Shown here one piece after another: positions 53,887 through 60,678 of a stretch of DNA of 60,678 nucleotides. Each line of letters begins with the position of its first letter. Position 1 is the stretch's first letter. The notes under the pieces were generated by a model that saw only the letters and a list, made by a program, of their open reading frames with translations, was not told where the DNA came from and did not search any database. This DNA comes from a virus (lineage: Duplodnaviria > Caudoviricetes): IMG/VR virus record IMGVR_UViG_3300032897_000004, positions 1 through 60,678 of that record; one strand, given 5' to 3'. The position numbers and the translations under genes were made by a program.

Positions 53887-54491
53887 GAGACGTCATCATC
53901 GCGCCCTTCGGCGACGACTGTGACAACTACTGGCTGGCCGACAGCGCCGGAATCGCGGCCATCTACCTGCTGCGCGACGAGATGCGCAGGCGCGGCATTG
54001 ACATCGCCTGCGGTCCGATGGACGAGCAGGCGCGGGTCACCATCTATCCCGAAGGTGTGCCGAACGATGCCCCCTGGGGCCACACCATTCACTGGATACT
54101 GGGACCGACGTGCGGCCATCCCGGTACGGATAGGTGGTACTTCCTGCCCTGCATGGGCACACCGAACGTCGCCGTTCCGCTCATCGACGAGGGCATCTTC
54201 TACAACGATGGTCGGCCGCACGAGGGTGTCCTGTACGTCGAGGACATCCACCCGCACACTCCCAAGAACGAATTGGCCGAGCTGTTCCGTAGCCGGGAGG
54301 TGCTGGTCCACAACCACCCATGGTTTTCCAACATGGGCATGGAGGCTCAACTTTGTGGCTGCAGGGTAGAGTATGTCGATGGCCATCAGGAGATGCCGGT
54401 CTCGGCATGGCGCATCTGGCAGGCACTCATCCCGGGCCAACTGGACAACTTCGCCGAACATCTGCGAGCCCTGCTCTTGACAAGTGCATGA
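53883..54491 (+). CDS. Minimal GT-B glycosyltransferase-like protein (WavQ-like)
   Basis: SAGI..IYLL...M, IYPE, HWIL, ELAELFR, EAQLCGC.V. Confidence 0.55.
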   Translation: MRDVIIAPFGDDCDNYWLADSAGIAAIYLLRDEMRRRGIDIACGPMDEQARVTIYPEGVPNDAPWGHTIHWILGPTCGHPGTDRWYFLPCMGTPNVAVPLIDEGIFYNDGRPHEGVLYVEDIHPHTPKNELAELFRSREVLVHNHPWFSNMGMEAQLCGCRVEYVDGHQEMPVSAWRIWQALIPGQLDNFAEHLRALLLTSA

Positions 54492-54580
54492 GCGTTCGGG
54501 TTAAATAGAGGTATGAAAGGCCCAAACTCGCCGATGGGGCAGGGTGTGCCGCGGCCACAGCCGGATGGCGTGGTGAAACC

Positions 54581-54889
54581 ATGGAAGGAGTGTCTGTGAA
54601 CGATTTGGATGAAGTCGCGCAGCAGCACGACGGGCCTGCGATGAGGGCGTACACGGCGGTGCGCGACATCAACCGGATGATGTGCTCGACCGTGGTCCCC
54701 AAACGCCTCGCCGACGCCGTCATCATTGAGCTGGCACAGAAGCTGGCCGACGCGGAACTGGCGTTGAGCGACCATGTGTATCTGGCGACGCACGACCTCA
54801 ACAACGGCCCAGAATACCAAGAGGTCCACCTGCGCCAACTCAATAGGCTCGCGGGCTTCCCTGTCCACGCCGACCGGAAGGAGCCGTGA
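54581..54889 (+). CDS. Hypothetical protein, first gene of the junction-repeat array (start may be GTG 54596)
   Basis: Ends DRKEP. Confidence 0.6.
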   Translation: MEGVSVNDLDEVAQQHDGPAMRAYTAVRDINRMMCSTVVPKRLADAVIIELAQKLADAELALSDHVYLATHDLNNGPEYQEVHLRQLNRLAGFPVHADRKEP

Positions 54890-55242
54890 TGGGTGAGCCG
54901 CCCACCTTCGAGAAGCACGACGGCCTCGCTCGCGCTGGCGAGGTGTCGATGCTCCCCTGGCGCTACGCCTTCCTGTATCGCGACCTCGTCGAGGTGGCGC
55001 GCGAGCACGGCTATGCGCTGGCGCTGCACGGGTCGATGAAGCGCGACCTCGACCTGATAGCGGTGCCGTGGACGGGGCTCGCCGTCAGCGCCGAGCACTT
55101 GGCTCTCGCGTTGCGCGATGCAGCGGGTGCGGCGTTCGGTGAAGGCGACCCGCACGAGAAGAAGCACGGTCGACTTGCTTGGTCGCTGCACCTCGGCGGC
55201 GGTCCGTACGTCGACCTGTCCGTGATGCCGAAGGAGCCGTGA
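54886..55242 (+). CDS. Minimal nucleotidyltransferase-like protein
   Basis: GYALALHGS..RDLDLIAVPW...KKHGR...VDLSV. Confidence 0.65.
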   Translation: MMGEPPTFEKHDGLARAGEVSMLPWRYAFLYRDLVEVAREHGYALALHGSMKRDLDLIAVPWTGLAVSAEHLALALRDAAGAAFGEGDPHEKKHGRLAWSLHLGGGPYVDLSVMPKEP

Positions 55243-55424
55243 TGCCTGACCAGAGCGCCGACGAGGAGTTGAACGACGAGTTGACAGTGGCGGTTCTGCG
55301 GACGTTGCTCGCAGAACGCGACCAGAAAATCGCCCAACTTGAAGCTCGCTGCGGGGTCCTCCTCGCGGAGCGCAGAGCGTTCAGGCGGGCACTTGGCGTG
55401 TTGATGAACGCCCCAGAACCATGA
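55242..55424 (+). CDS. Small coiled-coil protein
   Basis: MPDQSADEEL...ERDQKIAQLEAR. Confidence 0.6.
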   Translation: MPDQSADEELNDELTVAVLRTLLAERDQKIAQLEARCGVLLAERRAFRRALGVLMNAPEP

Positions 55425-55657
55425 GCGCCTTCGAACAGTTGCGGGAGGAGGGGCTGCTGACGGAGGAGGTGAGGGCGGTCATCTACGACCTTGAGCACGG
55501 CCTAGCCGTCCCGCAGGCCCGCGTCCTGCTCGCCCTCGCCGCCCTCGCCGCCGTGGCGCTGGAGCAGGCGAGGATTCACACGCACGAGCCTCTTCCCGGC
55601 GAGGTCGATGCCTATATGCGGGAACAGGCCGCCCTTTTCGACCGGAAGGAGCCGTGA
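55421..55657 (+). CDS. Hypothetical protein, paralogue of 55914-56357
   Basis: EQLRE..LL.EEV and ALAAVALEQAR. Confidence 0.65.
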   Translation: MSAFEQLREEGLLTEEVRAVIYDLEHGLAVPQARVLLALAALAAVALEQARIHTHEPLPGEVDAYMREQAALFDRKEP

Positions 55658-55914
55658 TGAGCAGCATCAACCCGATACTCGACGCCGCCATGGTGGCGCG
55701 CAAGGCGCGCGCCGCCGAGTTCGACGACCGCTGGAGCATGGACGCTCCGGGGGTCGACTTCTTCGACCTGACCAACCGAGCCATCAGGAACCTGCAGAGC
55801 GCCCAGCACGCGCTCGTCTACGGGCCGCGCGAGAACATCCGCCGCGACCTGAACGATGCCGGGAACCTGTGCGACTTGGCGTGGTCGCTGTGCCGGGACC
55901 GGAAGGAGCCGTGA
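55654..55914 (+). CDS. Hypothetical helical protein
   Basis: Bounded by junction repeats. Confidence 0.6.
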   Translation: MMSSINPILDAAMVARKARAAEFDDRWSMDAPGVDFFDLTNRAIRNLQSAQHALVYGPRENIRRDLNDAGNLCDLAWSLCRDRKEP

Positions 55915-56357
55915 TGAGCGAGCAAAGTGCCGTCGAGCAGTTGAGAGAGGCGGAGTTGCTGCCGGAGGAAGTGGAGCACTACGCAAGGGGAACGGAGGGT
56001 CCGCGAGAGTGGCTGGCCGACCGCAACCCTAGAGACGCCGTTGAGATGACGGTGCGTGATGCAGACGCCGCCCTCGACGCCCTCGCCGCCGTGGCGCTGG
56101 AGCAGGCACGGGAGGCGCGAAGCTGGCAGCGGTCAAGCGAAAACTGGGCCAAGCAACGAGACGCCGAGAAGGCCCGGCGCGAGCAGGCGGAGACGGAGGT
56201 CGAGCGTCTCGACTTCCTTGCGAATCACGCGAGCGACCTTCTGAAGCTGGCTTGGGAAGACACGGAGTCGGCCCATATGAAGGGCGGCTGGTCCTTCTCT
56301 GAATGGCTCGACTACCTTGAGGCCGACCTCGCCCGCCGCAGCGGAGGGGAGTCGTGA
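55914..56357 (+). CDS. Hypothetical protein, paralogue of 55421-55657
   Basis: MSEQSAVEQLREAELLPEEV...ALAAVALEQAR. Confidence 0.65.
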   Translation: MSEQSAVEQLREAELLPEEVEHYARGTEGPREWLADRNPRDAVEMTVRDADAALDALAAVALEQAREARSWQRSSENWAKQRDAEKARREQAETEVERLDFLANHASDLLKLAWEDTESAHMKGGWSFSEWLDYLEADLARRSGGES

Positions 56358-56713
56358 TGCCGTTCCAAGACCACGGAGGTCACGTCGAGAGGCTGTGGCG
56401 TGAGGCCGACGAGAGGAAGGACCAGCGCATCGCCGAGCTGGAAGCTCGTATCGAACGCGACCAAGAGTGGCTCGACAGGTGGCAGGGCGTAGCCGCTGAG
56501 AAAGACCTACAGCTCGCCGCCGAAAAGGCCCGTGCCGATGAGTACAAGGAGGTAGCCGAGCGTATCGCTCGCCACTGGGCCTACCCGGACTGGTTCTTCG
56601 AGACCGACCCGCCAGACGCCTATGTGACGCCGCAGGCCGGGGCGCGGCGCATCGTCAAAGAATACCTCAAGGAGATACGGGATGAGCGTGAAGGAGACCA
56701 CAGTGATGGTTGA
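56354..56713 (+). CDS. Coiled-coil hypothetical protein
   Basis: KDQRIAELEAR, like 55242-55424. Confidence 0.6.
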   Translation: MMPFQDHGGHVERLWREADERKDQRIAELEARIERDQEWLDRWQGVAAEKDLQLAAEKARADEYKEVAERIARHWAYPDWFFETDPPDAYVTPQAGARRIVKEYLKEIRDEREGDHSDG

Positions 56714-56852
56714 TGTACGCCCTTGCGGCGAGAACGTCGAACTCTACCTGCGGACCGCCGAGGGCATTGCTCTCTATATCCCGCTGGACTTGGCCGAGGC
56801 CGAGAAGGTCAGGGATAAGCTCGACGCCATCATCCGCTACCTGAAGGCATGA
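56706..56852 (+). CDS. Small protein, 48 aa
   Basis: MVDVRPCGENVELYL...; fills the gap, ATGA coupling. Confidence 0.55.
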   Translation: MVDVRPCGENVELYLRTAEGIALYIPLDLAEAEKVRDKLDAIIRYLKA

Positions 56853-57103
56853 AAGAGTACCGCCTGCGCCCCGTTGAGGCGTTCCAGTACTGGGGCCAGC
56901 CCATCGAGGAGCTGCAGGAGCTGTGTCCGTTGCTGCATGAGGCCGATGCTCGCTTCAGTCACGACCTGGAGCTGGAGCAGCCGTTCGGTGTACTGTTCGG
57001 CAACACGAAGGTCAACAAGAGCGACTGGCTGGTCCATTCCTATCTGGGCTGGCAGGTCATGTCGGATGCTGAGTTCTTCAAGCTCTATGAGGCCGTGGAA
57101 TGA
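56849..57103 (+). CDS. Third diverged PGDYII-family-like protein
   Basis: YRLRPVEAFQY.G...SDWLV...EF.KLYE.V. Confidence 0.6.
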   Translation: MKEYRLRPVEAFQYWGQPIEELQELCPLLHEADARFSHDLELEQPFGVLFGNTKVNKSDWLVHSYLGWQVMSDAEFFKLYEAVE

Positions 57104-57366
57104 GCGACTACGAGTATCTTGATATCGAGTACAACGGCCCGAGCGCCAGCGAGAAGACCGGCCTCTGGGCGGTGCTCAGCAAGCATGGCGACGAACTCGG
57201 CGTTGTGAGGTGGTTCGGCCGCTGGCGGCAGTACTGCTTCTACCCGGAGCCCGACTGCGCCTTCAGCGCTGGCTGTCTGGCCGACATACAGGACTTCCTG
57301 CGCAGCGCGAAGGACGTTTACCGGGAGTGCAGCCAAGCCCGGCCGCAAGAAGAAGAACTACAATAG
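57100..57366 (+). CDS. Conserved hypothetical phage protein
   Basis: KT..W.V.....LG.VRWFGRWRQYCF.P. Confidence 0.7.
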   Translation: MSDYEYLDIEYNGPSASEKTGLWAVLSKHGDELGVVRWFGRWRQYCFYPEPDCAFSAGCLADIQDFLRSAKDVYRECSQARPQEEELQ

Positions 57367-57387
57367 CAAAAGAGGCTGGAGGGACGA

Positions 57388-57603
57388 ATGAAACTGCACA
57401 TCAGGACATTCTATGACGAGGACTGCGATGACTACGTCATACAGCTCGATTGGCAGGACAAAGAGGGCAAGCGCTGGGGTTGGCAGGGTTGTGCCGCCGA
57501 CCTTTGTGTCGTGCTGCCGCAGGTGGAGGACGTGAAGAACGACGGCATCAAGCCTCTCGACCAGTTCCGGTTTCATGGCACCACCATTGACTTGAAGGAG
57601 TAG
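57388..57603 (+). CDS. Hypothetical protein
   Basis: SD ggaggg. Confidence 0.55.
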   Translation: MKLHIRTFYDEDCDDYVIQLDWQDKEGKRWGWQGCAADLCVVLPQVEDVKNDGIKPLDQFRFHGTTIDLKE

Positions 57604-57605
57604 AA

Positions 57606-57794
57606 ATGAAGTATGCCGGTAGGCCGAATCTCAACAGGCTCTTCGCGGAAGAGAGACTGCCGCAGAGCGTCATCGACCTCGTCGCCTGCTGTACCAACGA
57701 CGGCGACTTCAACTGCGAGCGCTGCTGCTTGGGTGACATCAACGACAATTGCGACATGGCCGCCCTCGAAGACCTCGCCGCCCTGGTGAAATGA
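57606..57794 (+). CDS. Small Cys-rich protein
   Basis: SD aaggag; CC...CERCC...C. Confidence 0.55.
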   Translation: MKYAGRPNLNRLFAEERLPQSVIDLVACCTNDGDFNCERCCLGDINDNCDMAALEDLAALVK

Positions 57795-57997
57795 GCACCA
57801 AGACACAGTACTTCTGCGACTGCTGCGGCAGGGAGCTGAACAACTGTCGTTGGCATCCTCTCGAATTGGCAATCTATGGAGAGCGCTATTGGAGGGGCGA
57901 CGTCTGCGAAGAGTGCGAGTTGAAGTTCTTTGAGGCCCTCAACGCAATCCTCACTAGTAACGGTCTTGCTCCTGTCTTGGTTCCGCGACATGGATGA
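57791..57997 (+). CDS. Zn-finger protein
   Basis: MSTKTQYFCDCCG...DVCEEC. Confidence 0.6.
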   Translation: MSTKTQYFCDCCGRELNNCRWHPLELAIYGERYWRGDVCEECELKFFEALNAILTSNGLAPVLVPRHG

Positions 57998-58190
57998 GGT
58001 GACCTACTGGAAGGCCGTGGCGCGCAAGCTGGCGCGCTGGCTGCCCATCGACGGCACGAGCTACAGCGTCTATCGCCAGGACATGCCACACAGCCTGCTG
58101 AGCGAGCAGATGGCCCCCGAGGACTGGGTCCGCATGGCGCAGCGCGCTGTCGAGGTGCGTGAGGCGGCGGGGCTGCCCCCGGCCATCTAG
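57990..58190 (+). CDS. Hypothetical protein
   Basis: MDEVTYWKAVARKLARW. Confidence 0.5.
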   Translation: MDEVTYWKAVARKLARWLPIDGTSYSVYRQDMPHSLLSEQMAPEDWVRMAQRAVEVREAAGLPPAI

Positions 58191-58384
58191 CACAGCGCCG
58201 AACGTTTCCCGTTGCGGGAAAACTCAAACGGGCGCTGCAGGGCGCGGCTGTAGAGCGCGGAGAAGTACACCATGAGCATGCCCTCGTCGACCGGGCGCGT
58301 GCGGAAGTAGAGATGGGCGGCGGCGTACAACATTCCTTCCAGCTCGCCGCGGCTGGCGCGGCTAAGGATGGTGTCGGCGTCCAT
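58187..58384 (-). CDS. Hypothetical protein
   Basis: SD aggagagga before ATG. Confidence 0.55.
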   Translation of the reverse strand: MDADTILSRASRGELEGMLYAAAHLYFRTRPVDEGMLMVYFSALYSRALQRPFEFSRNGKRSALC

Positions 58385-58649
58385 TGGGTTCCTCTCCTAG
58401 AACTTATACAGCGGGGCGCACTCTACCGGAGCGTCGAGCCTGGGTCAAGCGGGGAACGTTACAGGATGGCCAAACATCTCCACGATTTTCGCCAGCGCGT
58501 AAAAATAGGAGTCATCCCTACCGAATTTTCCGGCACCTTGTTACATAGGGGGGTAACACGTTCTGATTTTGGCATATAGGCTGGTTACCACCCACCCAAC
58601 GAGGCGGCTACTAGGGTTTTAGTACTTTTTTGGCCGAATGCTTTTTGCC

Positions 58650-58869
58650 GTACTATCATCGTCGTAGCGACGAGCCAACGAGGATGGTAGTACTACCCTC
58701 CGGGTACGACCATCCGGGTACGACCCTCCTGAGGGTACTACCATCCAAGTACCACCATCCCCGTAGCACCATAGTAGCACCATCACTGTAGTACCATCCC
58801 TATGGTGCTACTACCAGCACAGTAGGATGGTGGTGCTACCATCCGGGTACTACCATCCCGGTAGTAGCT
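58650..58869. repeat. Dense array of ~13-15 degenerate 11-14-bp repeats, consensus (GG)GTACTACCATCC, both orientations
   Basis: e.g. 58690, 58702, 58716, 58733, 58749, 58788, 58833, 58845 forward; 58682, 58802, 58825 reverse. Confidence 0.85.
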
Positions 58870-58875
58870 ACGAGC

Positions 58876-58920
58876 AAAATAAAAGGGACCTGCCTATTAT
58901 GCAGCTAATAGGCAGGCCCC
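58876..58920 (-). terminator. Rho-independent terminator closing the right-hand leftward genes
   Basis: ggggcctgcctatta-gctgca-taataggcaggtccc followed by ttttatttt. Confidence 0.85.
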
Positions 58921-58932
58921 AGTGGTTGCGGG

Positions 58933-59145
58933 TTACTTTGCGGTCGGACACTTCCCCCCGTTGGCCTTCACGCAGAGCGTGCACAGGTGGGTATCGGCGA
59001 CACTGTACAGCACCGATGCCAGCGGACGCTGACACCACGCGTCCACGTGGTGAACGTCTACGTTGCGCAGTGCAGGTCGAGTCTCCACGTTCCCGTGCTT
59101 CGTTGTGACTTGAACGTTCATCGTATCACCTTTCTTTGTCATCAA
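58933..59145 (-). CDS. Small Zn-binding protein (likely start 59121)
   Basis: H...WC...CTLC; SD gaaaggtga. Confidence 0.55.
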   Translation of the reverse strand: MMTKKGDTMNVQVTTKHGNVETRPALRNVDVHHVDAWCQRPLASVLYSVADTHLCTLCVKANGGKCPTAK

Positions 59146-59160
59146 TTGATGATACCTATT

Positions 59161-59421
59161 CTATTCTACGTAGTCCCAACTGCACTCAGAAATACTTACT
59201 AACCCACCGAATACCCTGTATGCGTAGTCCTGGGTCAGGTCGTAGTGTCCGAGGTGCAGCCCTGTGTTCACATTCCAGTGCCACACGATATATGGCCGGT
59301 CGGGGAATACTGGGGTTTGGCTACGCGCCAGAATGACGCCTTCCAGACTGTCGGGTGAGAACGCCGCGTCTACGTACGCGGCGTGAGCGTCGGTCAAGTC
59401 TGTCATCAGAAAGTGCGTCAT
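59161..59421 (-). CDS. Hypothetical protein
   Basis: PYIVW...GHYD. Confidence 0.6.
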   Translation of the reverse strand: MTHFLMTDLTDAHAAYVDAAFSPDSLEGVILARSQTPVFPDRPYIVWHWNVNTGLHLGHYDLTQDYAYRVFGGLVSISECSWDYVE

Positions 59422-59639
59422 TATTCGTCCGCCTCATACTTGCGCCAGATTGTGTACGTGCCGTCGTGCTCAGTTTCGAATTGCACCTCGTCTGTACGTG
59501 ATGTCCTGAACAACTCGACCCGGCCGGAGTAGTCGGCTTTTGCTTCGGACAGTAAACGCCGGACTTGTTCCTGACCGCAATCGTACACGGTCATTATCAC
59601 GCCTGAAGTGCTATGGTGTTTGAAACCGTAGCGTACCAT
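59421..59639 (-). CDS. Hypothetical protein
   Basis: SD gaagga, TAATG coupling. Confidence 0.55.
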   Translation of the reverse strand: MVRYGFKHHSTSGVIMTVYDCGQEQVRRLLSEAKADYSGRVELFRTSRTDEVQFETEHDGTYTIWRKYEADE

Positions 59640-59693
59640 GATATCCTTCCATGAATTGTTGCCGGGTAGGGGTGCGGCTTGCGCCGCACCGCC

Positions 59694-60056
59694 TTACCGC
59701 TCCGGCCTTGTGTTCGTGCGCACTTTGCAGCCGTCCACATCGGCGACCACGCCAACACGAATTGTGTACAGCGCTCCGGCCTCGTGAACAAACGAGTGCT
59801 TTTCCACGTGCGGCTTCGGGCCAAGCACTCGACCGTTCTTGTCGCGCGTCGCCATGTGCCACACCTCGCGTGCACGGGGAACGTCCACGCTGGTTGCCGT
59901 GCTCTCTTTGCGGTCAACGAGTCGATATTGGTTCACGCCAATCTTCATCAGGCTGAACCGTGGCGTGAGCGCCACCAATCTTTCGCCGGGGAAGAACATG
60001 TCGTGCCTCTCTTCCGTGACTGGTTTGCACTTCTCGCTGAAAGCCCAATATGCCAC
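59694..60056 (-). CDS. Hypothetical protein
   Basis: GTG start after gggga. Confidence 0.5.
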   Translation of the reverse strand: MAYWAFSEKCKPVTEERHDMFFPGERLVALTPRFSLMKIGVNQYRLVDRKESTATSVDVPRAREVWHMATRDKNGRVLGPKPHVEKHSFVHEAGALYTIRVGVVADVDGCKVRTNTRPER

Positions 60057-60069
60057 GAATTCTATCCCC

Positions 60070-60219
60070 CTAGTCGATGATGACTTCCGGCAGGTCTTCG
60101 ATGTCGTCCAGAGTTAGGACGAATCCCTCTGCTTCAAGCGCCGTGATGGTGCCCTCGACTTCGGCGCGGTCAATGAGCCACGTTGTCTCGACGTCCCAGT
60201 CTGTCCAGAATTCCTGCAA
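60070..60219 (-). CDS. Small, highly acidic protein, 49 aa
   Basis: TTG-QEFWTDWDVETTWLIDRAEVEGTITALEAEGFVLTLDDIEDLPEVIID; fills the gap. Confidence 0.45.
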   Translation of the reverse strand: MQEFWTDWDVETTWLIDRAEVEGTITALEAEGFVLTLDDIEDLPEVIID

Positions 60220-60225
60220 CTCAGG

Positions 60226-60639
60226 TCACCGTCCTTGGCTCTTGTAGAGTTCCGACAACGGACGCGACGCAACTTCCCGTTGTTCTTCGAATCCGTAGTC
60301 ACTCTCCACGATTCTCCACATTGTGCACTGCTGGTCGATTAGTTCGGCAATTCCTGTCGCGCATTCCTGCGCGACGTTCCTGAGGTCTTCCGCGTCGCCC
60401 TCAGCGCAACCGCAAACCCACAGGCTTTCTTCCCGCACGAGGTTCCCGGCGTCGTCTTGCCAGCCGCCGATTCGCACCTCTTCGAACCACCCGCCAAACT
60501 CACGGGCAAAACGCGAGCGAACGGTCCCGGCCGCAAGCTCCCGCCATCCTTCGCGGATAGGCTCGCCGTCTTTGGTCACCGAACCTATTTGAATTTCCAG
60601 CGTCGCCTTCAACTTGCTCGCCCCCTCACGGCCACCCAC
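60226..60639 (-). CDS. DUF3574/PII-like fold hypothetical protein
   Basis: FGG......GGWQDDAGNLVREES....IA..IDQQC. Confidence 0.55.
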   Translation of the reverse strand: MGGREGASKLKATLEIQIGSVTKDGEPIREGWRELAAGTVRSRFAREFGGWFEEVRIGGWQDDAGNLVREESLWVCGCAEGDAEDLRNVAQECATGIAELIDQQCTMWRIVESDYGFEEQREVASRPLSELYKSQGR

Positions 60640-60678
60640 ACTACCGCCTGAAACTGACGCGGGGTAACATGCGCCAAT

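Larger units (their letters stand above)
54872..56359 (+). repeat. Dispersed gene-junction repeat GACCGGAAGGAGCCGTGATG
   Basis: Exact at 54872, 55640, 55897; variants at 55228 and 56343. Confidence 0.9.

Noticed and set aside
58650-58869. Possible CRISPR array (a Cas4-like gene is present)
   Set aside because: Repeats are 11-14 bp, degenerate, in both orientations, with no spacer-length gaps; solo Cas4-like nucleases are common in phages
1-60678. tRNA genes
   Set aside because: No cloverleaf with T-loop and CCA recognised in intergenic gaps; tRNAscan-SE or ARAGORN would be decisive

Overview
About 60.7 kb of a GC-rich tailed dsDNA phage genome (siphovirus-like; host probably an actinobacterium, inferred from GC content and gene families). 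1-24.8 kb (minus strand) is the virion module: terminase, DUF935 portal, Mu-type protease/scaffold, two capsid cement paralogues, major capsid, neck and tail genes, and the 5' end of the tape measure gene. Between the capsid and neck genes lies a ~10-kb block with two paralogous fibre-like proteins (one is 1484 aa with a LamG domain and Thr/Ala/Cys repeats) and two glycosyltransferase-like genes. 24.8-34 kb encodes replication and recombination functions: initiator with a probable internal origin, DnaC-like loader, DnaB, primase, Cas4-like nuclease, SSB and VRR-NUC. 34-58 kb is accessory: two secreted cell-wall hydrolases, an AAA+ ATPase, a papain-like peptidase, a large RNA end-healing/ligation set (RtcB, ATP-dependent RNA ligase, two HAD phosphatases, two metallophosphoesterases, a receiver-like protein, a nucleotidyltransferase), nucleotide-pool enzymes, and small genes joined by a repeated 20-bp SD/stop/start junction. 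A ~500-bp non-coding region with a dense array of GTACTACCATCC-like repeats (58.4-58.9 kb) precedes a set of small leftward genes. No integrase, DNA polymerase, tRNA, CRISPR array or reverse transcriptase was seen. All family calls come from reading motifs by eye, not from database searches.
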